Assembly: GCA_964016885.1 (NCBI GenBank)
Contig: OZ024750.1
Location: forward strand, 14,012,001-14,076,000
Source: Eledone cirrhosa
Lineage: Eukaryota
Direction of reading: 5' to 3'
Length of the DNA stretch: 64,000 nt
In this document: positions 1 to 14,606 of the stretch, piece by piece
Numbering within the stretch: position 1 is the first letter of the stretch
Layout of the letters: every line of letters begins with the position of its first letter
Program-made: the position numbers and the translations under genes
The notes under the pieces: model-generated
Seen by the model: only the letters and a program-made list of their open reading frames with translations
Told to the model about the DNA's origin: nothing
Databases searched by the model: none

Positions 1-80
<80 letters not shown>

Positions 81-105
81 GTTTTTCAATATATTTACCT
101 ATGTA

Positions 106-167
<62 letters not shown>

Positions 168-464
168 CATATTTATATACATATATATGCGTTTGTGTGA
201 GTGTTGTATGTGTGTGTTCATGTTTGTGCATGTGTATGACCATTATTCCTATTTTATATATTCATAAGAATTATAATGTATCTCTAAAAATGAGTTAATG
301 CGCGCACACGTCATACCATACAATACAGTAAATAAAAGGCGGGAATATTTCAGTCTCCATCGCAATATATTCTTTAATACATTTCACTGACATTATGAAG
401 GTTTGATTTTCACACGCTTTTCTGACATGAAAATATTAGATTTTTACTGAATCTTACATTGAAT

Positions 465-1112
465 GAGGCGGCAAATTGTCAGAGTCGTTAGAACATCGGA
501 TAGAATGCCTTGTGGTATTCATTCCGGCTCTGTCTTCTCTGAGTTTGAATCCCGCCGAGCTCAACTTTGATTTTCATCCTTTCGAGGTCGATAAAAAAGT
601 ACCAGCTATGTGCTGGGGTCGGTTCTTCCTCTGTATCTCTTTCTCAACCCCTCTCTTCTTCCATTATGGCTTTTCTTACGGCTTTTCTCTTTATGTTCTG
701 AGTTCAAATCCCGCCGGGGTCAACTTTGCCTTTCATCCTTTCGAGGTCGATAAAAAAAGTACCAGCTATGTGCTGGGGTCGGTTCTTCCTCTGTATCTCT
801 TTCTCAACCCCTCTCTTCTTCCATTATGGCTTTTCTTACGGCCTTTCTCTTTATGTTCTGAGTTCAAATCTCGCCGGGGTCAACTTTGCCTTTCATCCTT
901 TCGAGGTCGATAAAAAAAAGTACCAGTCCAGTACTGGGGTCGGTTCTTCCTCTGTATCTCTTTCTCAACCCCTCTCTTCTTCCCTTATGGCTTTTCTTAC
1001 GGCCTTTCTCTTTATGTTCTGAGTTCAAATCTCGCCGGGGTCAACTTTGCCTTTTATCCTTTCGAGGTCGATAAAAAAAGTACCAGCTATGTGCTGGGGT
1101 GGTCGATTCATT
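465..1112 (+). repeat. Tandem array (~160-bp unit, ~4 copies) derived from the SINE plus flanking sequence
   Basis: ctgagtt(c/t)(a/g)aatc...gaggtcgataaaaaagtaccag recurs at ~539, 698, 858 and 1019. Confidence 0.8.
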
Positions 1113-1899
1113 CTTCCTATATATCTCTCTCTTTCTCACTTCCATTCTCTCACCCTCTATCTTTCTCTGGGAGAGGGGATGGGCTCAGCAAGGTTAAAAA
1201 ATACCCAAGGAAACATCGTGTGTTGTCACAAGGGTGCCCATACTACTTACTCTGGAGTTACGGGACCATAAATATATATATGTATACATACATGAATGTA
1301 TGTATACATGTATACATACATGAATGTATGTATACATGTATACATACATTCATGTATGTATACATGTATACATACATGTAGTTTGAATTGACATTTTTAT
1401 GAAGGATTGGAAATCATTTCCCTTTGTAATTTTATAATTGATATCTATAGTTTTAGTGAGGACAGGTAGAAACTTGTACAGCGTGTGGATACTACCTAGA
1501 GAAGACGCCCTTCATATATATGTGCGTGCAGACAAACACACACACACACACATCCACACACCAAGATACACACACACATCCACACACAGACACACAGACA
1601 CACACGCACACGCACACGCACACGCACACGCACACACGCACACGCACACAGACAGGTACCCACACACAGGTACACACACTCACACACGCACACACATGTA
1701 TATAAATATATATATATATATATATACATATATATAAAAGGAAACTATAATATCCGATAGAAGACAGCTGATTCGCAGGATTATCGTGTTGTTTTCCTTG
1801 TTTTTTTTCTCGTTCGTTTATCTTTCCGTGTCCACAGTCTTTGCCCTTTTAAAAATTATAAACCTCTACCTGTAGCTCTTTTCTTTCATCGAAGCAACC

Positions 1900-3010
1900 C
1901 TCATAGTTCAACATCGTTAGATTGCTTCAAGTTGCGCCGTTAGTTTGACACTCTGGGGTTCACCTTAGTCCGAGCTGTTCAGAATATATGTCCTTCACAA
2001 GACCAACATATCCATCTGGTCTTTTGTTCTGAACGATCTCGGCATGTCGTCTGCATATTGCCGCCATCTTGGTGATAAGCATTTGAAACAACGCATCATT
2101 GCACATGTCACTTCCTGATCCTGAAAATCTTTGTTGTAATATGCTTATGTTAGCTGGTTGATAGCGGGGAGAAGTGAGGTTTAAATTGCATGCTATTGTC
2201 TTCAGTTTGTTTGTATGTTGCACTTAAATCACACAGTAGGAGAGTAGCTTTAACAGGATTCTTGATTGCCTTTGCTACTTTCATATCGTCAGCATAGCTA
2301 ATGAGAATGACTACCTGTACAACCAAGGACATGTCTGTGAGAGCCACTAAAACACAGTGGCCCTATGACATTTTTCTGAAGGACTCCACTCATTTTCATG
2401 TTTCCTGTTGCTACTCTGTTAGTTTTTCGACTATACTATAAACCACGAAGTCTGAGGCATAACATTCCATGATCGACTTTTGTAAAGTCTAAATATATCA
2501 CATTCATATTTGTGCAGTTTAGCAATTGTTTCAGTATTCAGCCATGCAGCAAAAGATGTGTAAGGTAGCTTTATCTTGAACGAAAGCAGGTCATTTTCTT
2601 CCAGGAACCGGATCAGTTTCTTTCTGATAACTCGTTCCATGAATTTAATGATATGCAAGATCAGAGACATAAGCCTGTACATCTTTAGCCCCTGTTCTGC
2701 TTCTAACTTTATGGATAGGGCAAAATACGCTTTCTTTTTATTTATGCTGTTTATCACATGAGGGGAACATCTGGAAGAGAATCTGCAATTGTTTTACTAT
2801 GACACGTTTGCAGGGTTTTAGGAGAATTAATTGCTGGGAATACACCAGGGCCAGTATCTATTCCATTTATGTCTGATATTATATGTTCGTCCATTATGCC
2901 TATATAATCGATACTTGCCATTCTTTCATGTAGAGTTGTGATGTCACAGAATATATTTATTTGCTAGTGTCCCGTCGGGTATGTGAAAATACGTTTGTAT
3001 AGCTCATTCA
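1900..3010 (-). pseudogene. Degenerate CR1-like LINE reverse transcriptase
   Basis: Fragments FMERVIRKKLIRFLEENDLL, SYADDMKV and PDGYVGL, broken by stops and frameshifts. Confidence 0.7.
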
Positions 3011-3057
3011 CTATTCTATTTTACTTGGATTAGTGGCATTATCTTGTTGTGTACTGA

Positions 3058-3117
<60 letters not shown>

Positions 3118-3193
3118 CACGCGCACGCGCGCGCGCACGCACACACACACGCACACGCACGCACGCACACACGCACACACACGCACGCACACG

Positions 3194-3244
<51 letters not shown>

Positions 3245-3263
3245 GCGCGCACACACACGCACG

Positions 3264-3298
<35 letters not shown>

Positions 3299-3807
3299 AC
3301 GCACACACACGCCCCCCCCCCACACGCGCACCCCCCCCCACACATATATATATACTTCAATGAAAAAGACCAGATTTCAAATATTCCTTTAATGTTGCAA
3401 ACATCACAATACGTATTTCAATGGACGGCAGGCTAATGTCATCAGATTATGATGCAAAACATGTGGCGACGTCATCAGGTGTTATATATATATATATGTG
3501 TATATAGATATATGCATGTATGTATGTGTGTGCATATATATTTATATATATATATATATATATATATAAACTCACAGCCCACGCTGTAATTGGTCATGTA
3601 GGTTACACGGTAAAAAGTTCCCAGTTCCACACTGTAAATGTGGTTGGTGTTAGGAAGGGCATCCAGCCGTAGAAAGCATGCCAGATAGTCCTATATGAGC
3701 GAGACACGGTCACCCGACCAACCTTGCCTCAAGTGGGACAACTCCCGTCCGTCTAACCCATGCTAGCGTGGAGGATGGACGTTAAACGAAGATGATGATA
3801 TATATAA

Positions 3808-3860
<53 letters not shown>

Positions 3861-3870
3861 TGTATGTATG

Positions 3871-3924
<54 letters not shown>

Positions 3925-4153
3925 ATATAAATAAGCGCATTTATACACACACAACTCCCCCACGCATATTGAACGTATTGTGACATAATATAAACTTGGC
4001 AATTAATATATTTTTCTACGAACAATATTCATATAACATATAATGACGCATATATGATATATATATGATATATATATATATGATATATATATATGATATA
4101 TATATATATATATATATCATATATAAATATGTATATAGATGTATATATATATG

Positions 4154-4218
<65 letters not shown>

Positions 4219-4228
4219 GGAGAGGGAG

Positions 4229-4269
<41 letters not shown>

Positions 4270-4282
4270 CATACATACATAC

Positions 4283-4321
<39 letters not shown>

Positions 4322-4377
4322 CCCTTCCATATACTATATCGATTGTGTTGTTATTTCTGTTTACCTTTTACACACAC

Positions 4378-4423
<46 letters not shown>

Positions 4424-4446
4424 GTATATATATGTATATATATATG

Positions 4447-4639
<193 letters not shown>

Positions 4640-5060
4640 GTATATATATGTATATATATATGTATATATAAGGCAATAAATACTAGAAGGTATTGGTTTC
4701 TGTGAGATAAAATATTAGCAATGTTTCATTGAAATATCTTTCACATATGTAATATAGAAAATAGACATATTTTAAAGTTTCTAATTTATTGTCCTTCTAA
4801 CGGGTAATATGTATCACACACATACGAGAGCGGTGGATTGGTAGAATCGGTAGAGAGTCGGACGCCATGCTTTGCAGCAATAAGTTACGGCCCTTTATGA
4901 TCTGAGTTCAAATCCCGCCGAGGTTAACTTTGCCTTTCATCCTCATGGGGTCGATAAAATAAAGTACCAGCTACGCACTGGGGTCGATTTAATCGACTTC
5001 CCCCCCAAAAAAAAATCACTGGCCTTGTGCCTATATAAGAAACCAATATGTATCACATAC

Positions 5061-5680
5061 ATGGCGGCTGTCAACTCGTTTTCGAGTACGGCCACTACTT
5101 TATATCCATCTAGGAGAACCCCTACCGATGCGCTGAACGAGTGTGACTTTTTAGTCCAGCCAGCGACTTGAAAACTCTGGTACAAACACTACACTTGTGA
5201 CAATTACTGACACATAGTGCTGGGCCCATGGTACATACATACATGGTGGCTGCCAACTCGTTTTCGAGTACGGCCACTACTTTATATCCATGTAGGAGAA
5301 CCCCTACCGATGCGCTGAACGAGTGTGACTTTTTAGTCCAGCCAGCGACTTGAAAACTCTGGTACAAACACTACACTTGTGACAATTACTGACACATAGT
5401 GCTGGGCCCATGGTACATACATACATACATGGTGGCTGCCAACTCGTTTTCGAGTACGGCCACTACTTTATATCCATGTAGGAGAACCCCTACCGATGCG
5501 CTGAACGAATGTGACTTTTTAGTCCAGCCAGCGACTTGAAAACTCTGGTACAAACACTACACTTGTGACGATTATTGACACATAGTGCTGGGCCCATGGT
5601 ACCATGTAACGACAAGTGCAGAGAGATCTTCAGATATAAAGCAATGCCTGTGCCGTGAAGCTTTTATAGTGAGCAAAGGC
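5061..5680 (-). mobile_element. Three tandem 3' ends of the same RTE-derived element
   Basis: ~180-bp unit starting atgg(t/c)ggctg(c/t)caactcgttttcgag at 5061, 5242 and 5429, separated by TACA repeats. Confidence 0.75.
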
Positions 5681-6009
5681 ATACATACATACATACATAC
5701 ATACACTCATACAACATATACACACACATATATTTATTATATGTATATATTATATATATTATATATATTAGATATTTGTATAGCATTATGTATTCATGTG
5801 TGTAGTGTATGTATGTATGTATGTATGTATGTATGTATGTATGTATGTATGTATGTATGTATGTATGTATGTATGTATGTATGTATGTATGCATGTACGT
5901 ATGTATGTACGTATGGACGTACGTATGAATGTACGTATGTATATACGTATGTATGTATGCTTGTATGTTTGTATATATGTATGTATGTATGTTATCTCTT
6001 TCTCTTAAT

Positions 6010-7050
6010 TTCGAGTATATTTTTTTGACCGGCCACCTTCCTGGTGGCAAGGTTGTAAAAGAAAAGAAATTGTCATCCCTTGAATCGCAAGAATGTTTTG
6101 CAAATTTTGAAGGTGCCAGCTATCGCAGCCATTTGTAGTCCGCAAATCCAAGTTCAGTCATACTTTGGTCCAAGCGGGTTGGTATATAACCCGTAGCTCC
6201 AATAATGATGGGTATGAAGCTAAAGGTGTATCTTGGATACTGGATTTGTAAACTCCTCATCAATGGTCCGTAGATGTCCTCCTTCTGTATTTTTCTGACA
6301 ACGTTTACATCAAGTGGGCAGCTGATCCCCACAACAGAACACGTTTTCAATGTGTGGTCCCAAACAACAATATCAGGCCGGTTGTGCTTTAATTTGGTGG
6401 CAGTTTTTATTTTCAGGTTCCACCAGTATTACTTAGTGCCATCTGTCTCAATATATTCTTCCTCGTTTGTTGTTAATTTTGTTTTCTAAGTGCGTTCCAG
6501 ATGGTTCTAGCTATCCCATCGTGTCTCATGGGGAGGTAGTAGCGAGATGACATTCTTTCGCAGCTGGCAACAATGTGGCTTACATCCTCGATCTTTGTTT
6601 TACATAGCCTACATTTATTGTCAGCTGCTGGCCCTCCTCTTTTGTGCAGCAGATATTTGGTAGGGAGTTCTTGTTCCTGTATTGCATAGAGATATCCCTC
6701 AAGGTGTGATGTCATAAACTTGTCGGAACTCCATGCCAGGCTTTTTGAGTGGTTTATCCCCTCTATGGTCTGTGTTTTACGTCTCAAGTACCCATGCACA
6801 ACTTTTTCTGTAAATTGGTCAATTTTTTAATCTTGTTTGAACATTGAATAGGATCTTCCGATTTCTCTGGGTGAGAGATTTATATCAGGCTTTATTCCAT
6901 ATCTCTCCTCCAGATCAGTCGCTATTCTAATGATATTTTTTTTCATGCTCATAAACCTGGGCAAGATGGTTGCCAACCTTTTTCCTCTGTTGAAGATGTT
7001 GCTTCAGTGTTACTATCCGGGTCTCATATGTTGTTAATATTGATTTTAGA
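6010..7050 (-). mobile_element. RLE-type non-LTR retrotransposon 3' part (R4/Dong-like), frameshifted
   Basis: CRLCKTKIEDVSHIVASC zinc knuckle, RHD motif, HNRPDIVVWD nuclease motif and FIPIIIGATG. Flanked by (TATG)n. Confidence 0.8.
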
Positions 7051-7275
7051 CCCCGGCCACCTTCCTATGTACGTATGTATGTTTGTATGTATGTATGTAT
7101 GTTTGTATATATGCATGTATGTATGTATATTTGTATATATGTTTGCATGTATGCATGTATGTATGTTTCTATGTATGCATGTATGTATGTTTGCATGTAT
7201 GTTTGTATGTATGTATATATGTATGTATGATGTATGTATGTATGATGTATGTATGTATGATGTATGTATGTATCT

Positions 7276-7405
7276 CCGGGAGAGATGACCCCTTAGCTTT
7301 TGTCCGGGAGAGATGACCCCTTAGCCTTTGTCAAGGCAGAATTCTAGGAGAAGGAAAACTCTGATATAACACCTGCAACCCTGATGGTATCCAATGATGT
7401 TGACT
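7276..7405 (+). mobile_element. 5' portion of the RTE-derived element with duplicated head
   Basis: ccgggagagatgaccccttagc occurs twice in tandem. A diverged relative lies at 54885-55105. Confidence 0.65.
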
Positions 7406-7606
7406 AATGATTCTACTTTCGGCACAAGGCCAGCAATTACCCCAGTGCATTACTGGTGCTTTATTTTATCGACTCCCGTAAGGATGAAAGGCAAAGTTAA
7501 CCTCGGCGCGATTTGAACTCAGAATGGCAAGGGCCGTAACTCTATGCATCAAAGCATGGCGTCCGACCCTCTACCGATACTGCCAAAATAATAATAATAA
7601 TAATAA

Positions 7607-7950
7607 TACGAGAATAAAAGATAAAGAAAAAGAAAAACAAAAGAAAAACTACTACAACAATCTTAAATATGAATTTCTGAAAGTATGGAGGGGTCAAGTA
7701 AATAAGGTAATATTGGTACCAGTAATTATAGGAACCCTGGGATGTGTAACAGATAATATTACAACATTTTGCAACAAATTAGATTTGAATTTGGTATAGA
7801 GCCTGTAGGAAAAGCCTGTCTACTTGGCTTTGCCAGAATAATTAGAAAAGGGATGGATATCTTTTTTTATTGTATTCAGACCCGGAGAGGAGAAGGACTC
7901 AGCCAGGTAACCCGCCCCCCCCCCCCTAAAATCGCCGAATTACGGGTACA
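7607..7950 (+). mobile_element. Second R4/Dong-like C-terminal fragment after (AAT)n
   Basis: KEKEK..Y..LKYE..KVW...VILVPVIIGTLG, then (frameshift) KACLLGFARIIRK. Confidence 0.7.
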
Positions 7951-8171
7951 TAGATACATACATTAGTGACGTCTTTTTATTGCTTTGGATTCAAATTTCA
8001 CCAGGGACAATTGACTCCTTCACTTTGGGATCGATATATATAAAAAACAAACAAACCATGAGTAATGTATCGATAGCCGATTCAGTCGTTTATATTATTT
8101 TAGGCCTTGCGCCAATAAAAGAATTATTTTTATCAGCTCCGTATATACTTTTTCTTTAGTTGATAGTTTTT

Positions 8172-8207
<36 letters not shown>

Positions 8208-9026
8208 TTTTTATGTTAACACTGTTGATATTAATTTAACGCTTAATAGTTTTCTAATTGTCACTAATTAATTACAGTACTCTGATGCTAGTTCATATCT
8301 GGAGCCTACTTAAATACGATCAGTTGTTTTTAATTTATGAACGATAATGAATGTTAGTTTTCATAATTGACACCAGCGGTTAGAGATTAAGGTTGAATAT
8401 TGACGGTAAATAGTCATCTAGTTGAGTTTTTGTGGTTGTGTTTGTATGTGTATGTTTTATCTAATGTTACTTTTGCTATTATTGTTTGCTGTTCCATGTC
8501 TTCTATTATTACCGCCATTAACATTCTTCCTTCAACATTTGCGTTCGTTTTCAAATTTATTGTTTTTATATATAAGGAAGATAAGCTAGGTCGGCCATAT
8601 TAATATAACTCTATACTCTCTGGGACTCTGCTAATTAATTCATCCAGTAGTGTCTTTGTCAGTTATATCCTCTTCAACAAGTCCCTCTGTTCATCTCCTT
8701 ATTTCTTTCTCTTTACATAATTACAGATTCACACATTATACAAACAAATACATATACACAGGCTGACAGACAAATACAACATTGGCATATATATGTGTTT
8801 ATATATACGTGTATATATATGTGTGTATATATATATATATGTATATAGATATATGAATATATATATATATATATATATAGTGTTTATATGTATATAAACA
8901 TGTTCATATATGTATATCTGTATATATATATATATATATATATACATACATATACACATATACATATATATATATATATATATACATACATATACACATG
9001 TACATATACATATATATATATGAATA

Positions 9027-9057
<31 letters not shown>

Positions 9058-9106
9058 GTATATATATATATACATATATATATATGTATATGTATATGTA
9101 TATATG

Positions 9107-9171
<65 letters not shown>

Positions 9172-9271
9172 GTATATATGTATATATATATATACACACA
9201 CAGATATACATATATGTACATGTTTATATACATATAAACACACACACACACACACATATATATATATGTAT

Positions 9272-9392
<121 letters not shown>

Positions 9393-9723
9393 CGCATATA
9401 GTATGTATATATGTATGTGCATATATACATATACATATACTTATACTTATACTTATATCTACATATACATATACTTTCGCTATTTTGTATTTTTCTTTCT
9501 TCATTACAAACATATATAACCCACTTGAAATTTGTTGAATAAAATTGAGTCAGTTCGCTGTGGAGGTCAAGGTCATATTCCAAATTTTAAATAGGATGAG
9601 TTTGAACCGATCTAGTGTAGTTGAACGGTGTTTTCTGAGCCAAGCAATGTAACCATGTAGGCTGGGATTGAATTATATATGTATAAATATAAATATATAT
9701 ATAATATATATATATATAAATAT

Positions 9724-9897
9724 AGTTTTAATATAGATGAGATTCTACAGGACTAGAACTGTTTCATTCATTAGAAATCATAATGAATGAAACAGTTCTA
9801 GTCCTGTAGAATCTCATCTATATTAAAACTGTTATACTCTGCTATGTATTGAGTACCTTACTTACTGTGGTTACCTCCGATTCAACCCGGAATAACG
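9724..9897 (+). mobile_element. Family A fold-back hammerhead element in (TA)n
   Basis: ~49-bp inverted arms pivoting in stem II, plus a tail ending ccgattcaacccggaataacg. Same family at 15125-15330 and 58696-58891. Confidence 0.75.
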
Positions 9898-10180
9898 TAT
9901 ATATATAAATATATATATAATATATATATATATAAATATATATATAATATATATATATATATAAATATATATATAATATATATATATATAAATATATATA
10001 TAATATATATATATATAAATATATATATAATATATATATATATAAATATATATATAATATATATATATATAAATATATATATAATATATATATATATAAA
10101 TATATATATAATATATATATATATAAATATATATATAATATATATATATATAAATATATATATAATATATATATATATAT

Positions 10181-10242
<62 letters not shown>

Positions 10243-10462
10243 TATATATAATATATATATATATAAATATATATATAAATATATATATAATATATATATA
10301 AATATATATATAATATATATATATATATAAATATATATATAATATATATATATATAAATATATATATAATATATATATATATAAATATATATATAATATA
10401 TATATATATAAATATATATATAATATATATATATATAAATATATATATAATATATATATATA
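9898..10462. repeat. Pure A/T minisatellite of ~27-29 bp derived from (TA)n
   Basis: aaatatatatataatatatatatat(at) recurring. Confidence 0.85.
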
Positions 10463-11596
10463 GAAATATATAGATGTATAATAAATTTGATGCTAGATTA
10501 AATTATTTATAGATATAGATTTTATAGTAATCTAACTAAATTGATAATTGTTTCTACTTTAGGCACAAGGCCAGCAATTACCCAGTGCATTACTGGTACT
10601 TTATTTTTATCGACCCCGTAAAGAAGAAAGGCAAAGTCAACCTCGGCGGGATTTGAACTCTAAATTGATAATCTTATATATATATCTTTCTTTATTTTTT
10701 AGAGTCGGACGCCATGCTTTCCAGCATAGTTACGTCCCTTTACGGTCTGTGTTCAAATCCCGCCGAGGTTAACTTTGCCTTTCATCCTTACGGGGTCGAT
10801 AAAATAAAGTACCAGTAATGTACTGGGTAATTGCTGGCCTTGTGCCAAAAGTAGAAACATTTATTTTTTAGGGTATGGGCTCTAGGTTAGTAGATTCAGG
10901 CTGGTGTTATTACTGGCTTTAACGTTGGGGTTATGTTAATTTATATATGGCTAAGTATGTTAGCAATCATTTTAGTGAAGGTGCGTGGCTGAGTGGTTAG
11001 AGAATTGGATTCGCAATCGTGAGGTTTTGAGCTCGATTCCTGAACCAGGCGATGCGTTATATCCTTGTGCAAAACAATTTATTTCGCGTTACACCTTCTA
11101 CCTGAAGTTGCGACTAATAGATAGTATTCACAATTGGAAAGACCAATGGAAACATTGTTTCCTCGGTCTGATTTGATGAAAGTCGATGTTGATAAATTTT
11201 GGATTGAAAGTTAGTTTTGGCTAGTTAAGTGTTTATAGAATATTGAGGTAATTGTTATTGGAAGAGAGTTTGTCACTTTTACTTGTATCTGTGAATGAAA
11301 ATACGTTCAGGTAAATCATATTAATACTGATTAGTGTACAGAAGAGCAATATTACATAATATAATATAATATAATATAATATAATATAATAAATTCCGAT
11401 AAATATAAGGTAATATAGAATAATGAACTAAATGCAAATAATATGACACATACGATGGTAATAAAAGAGTTAGTCTAATGGTAACAAAAGGAGTGATGGA
11501 AAATGGTAGGAAATAGGTATAAGGGTATATCTAAGACACATAAAACAGCATAAAGAAATATAGACTTACATACATGTATGTAGATATTTAGATAGA

Positions 11597-11985
11597 AACT
11601 AGACCCCCCTTGGCTCGTTGGGTCACGTTCACTTAAAAATATATTTTAAAAATCATGTTCACTTAAAAATATATTTTTACAGCTCTCTCTCTCTCTTCCA
11701 TTTTCCTTCTCTGGCTTCCTGTCACTCTCTATGTCTTTCTTTAAATCTGCTCTCTTACAACCACTATCTCTTTCTCTCTGTCTTTCTCTCTCTCTATTTA
11801 TGAAGGTACCCGGAAAATCCCGTATCTCAGAAACCTGTGCTCCGATTTACGCGAAACTTATTTTATTCCATTTGTATTCCCATTTCAGGGTCAACTTCCT
11901 TTCAAAGTATTTTCCCATAATGCGCCGTTTTATTGCATTAAATTACAGACAAGACACAATCACAGATTTTTAGTAGTATATAGAT
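11597..11985 (+). mobile_element. Possible non-autonomous Helentron/DINE-like element
   Basis: Starts aactaga, has an internal CT-rich tract, and ends tttttagtagtatatagat, resembling HINE termini. Confidence 0.4.
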
Positions 11986-11987
11986 AC

Positions 11988-12179
11988 CAGATCTCCCAAC
12001 TCTCCCCGTCCGATTGGGAGATCAACGACTCACTTTGGAGTGGGTGAGAAATATCTTCTCTTGTGAAAAAGGGTACAGTTTTCATTATGTAAAATCTCCC
12101 CATTTTGCCTAAATTCTCCCCGTTTTGGGGCACTGTTTCATGAAACTCCCCGTTTGGGTTTTAGAGGTTGGCAGGTCTG
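11988..12179. mobile_element. Short TIR element (MITE)
   Basis: TIRs CAGATCTCCCAAC / GTTGGCAGGTCTG with internal ctcccc repeats. Flanks atatagatac / atataaatac. Confidence 0.6.
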
Positions 12180-12331
12180 ATATAAATACATGTAAATACG
12201 GGGTAAGATCGAGATCGAAAGAAAATATAACCTTAAATTGTACGGTTCGCAGCTGTCTGTTTCTCACTTGAAAATTTCAACATCTAAGAGGGTATAGCTA
12301 AATCCGAAACAATTTAAAATATATATATATT

Positions 12332-12726
<395 letters not shown>

Positions 12727-13986
12727 CCACAAGAACATCCCACTATTGAAACAAGACCCAAGAATGAAAATAACATTCGAAACACATAAAATAATTGTTT
12801 TTACTTTTGGCAAAAGGCCGGCAATTACCCAGTACATTACTGGTACTTTATTTTATCGACCCCGTAAGGATGAAAGGCAAAGTTAATCTCGACGGGATTT
12901 GAACTCAGACCGTAAAGGGACGTAACTATGCTGGAAAGCATGGCGTCCGTAGTAAAAGACAACCAAAATCGCATAAAAAACTACTCACTAACGTCAAACT
13001 TGACGGTTCGAAACAAGCTTAGTTGTCACACTTGCTTTCTCTTTTTTCTCAAGCCCCGGACAGGACGCCAGTCCATCACAGGGTTAACTCCCAGCTATCA
13101 TTGGTACTTATTTTCTACTGAATGTACAGGAACAACGTGAAACAAAGTGTTTCGTTCAAGAACCCAACGCGTCACCCACAACATTATGATCGTATGTTTC
13201 AACACCCTAACCACTAGGCCAGGCTCCGTCTAATATTTGCTTTAAAGCTAAGGCCATAATATTTTTCCCAAATAATGACTGATTAAATTTAAGATCGGAT
13301 ATTCTTAGTATTTGCTTACACAAAGCAAAATATTTGCTCCGTTATTACTAAACAATATATCTACCATAATATTTTGAACTTCAATCAGATTCCTCCCCAC
13401 CACACAATCTCTCTCTCTCTCTCTCTCGCTTTCTTTTCCTAATTTCTATAGTTTCTCTACCGTTAATTTTTGTAGTTATATTTTTTTCCTTTTTCTCTTT
13501 CTAACATTGAGTAGCAAATATAAGTTCAGTTTATTCAATATAGAAAATCTTACATTGACATTATATAAAAATAATTTAGCAGTATCTAATAAAAAAACAC
13601 AACAACATTACTAAAGGGAACATAAAAGAAAGAAGTAAAAAAAAAATATAAAGGAGAAAAAGAAAGACGGATCAAGTAACGAAAGAAAGAGAGGGAGCAG
13701 GATAGTTACTATACTCCAGCCTGAGCGGTGCCTCAGCCGCGCACCACGGATAAAACGACAAAATAGTTTCCGCGGAGAATGTCCAGAGATATCCGCTGCA
13801 CCAGCCACCCAACCTAACGTAGTTCCCTCCTCAAGCGGGTCGCAGTATTTCCGACTTTACGGAGGAAATTAGAAATGAAGGGAACTGTTTATACATTTTT
13901 AATATTAAAATATTATGAACGAACACTACTCCGAAAGCAGTATTAGTCACGCGCACACACACACACACACACACGCGCACACACAC

Positions 13987-14085
<99 letters not shown>

Positions 14086-14088
14086 CAC

Positions 14089-14189
<101 letters not shown>

Positions 14190-14428
14190 TTATGCATGCA
14201 GGTTTAAATACAGCAGATTTCTTCCATAGAAGGAAAGAGAGAGTGGGAGAATGGAAATGAGAAAGAAATATAGTGGAAGAATCGACCCCAGTATTAGACT
14301 GGTACTTTTTTTTATTGACCTCAAATGGATGAAAAGCAAAATTGTCCTCGGCGCAATTTGAACTGAAAAGCCTTCTATCCGACGTTATAATATCTCTGCC
14401 AATTCCCCCTACTCTCTCTTTCTCTCTC

Positions 14429-14470
<42 letters not shown>

Positions 14471-14606
14471 TAAATTTGTATTCCAATGTTACTAAGTAGT
14501 TGCATTGGATGGAGTCAACCGACGTCGGAGATTGCTCAACGGATAATAAAGTGTGTTTTAAAATCCGGAGAAAATATGGAGAAAATCCGGAGAAAATATA
14601 TATATA

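Noticed and set aside
3440-3485. CTGATGA boxes on the minus strand
   Set aside because: No downstream stem II-GAAA-stem III arrangement.
10980-11060. tRNA gene (gtggctgagtggttag...gctcgattcc)
   Set aside because: No clean cloverleaf, and it continues into SINE body sequence, so it is a SINE head.
12280-12315. ctaagagggtatagctaaatccgaaac as another hammerhead
   Set aside because: Core box and stems I/III cannot be formed convincingly.
13734-13752. GCACCACGGA resembling a REST/NRSE site
   Set aside because: Only a partial match, and REST is not established in molluscs.
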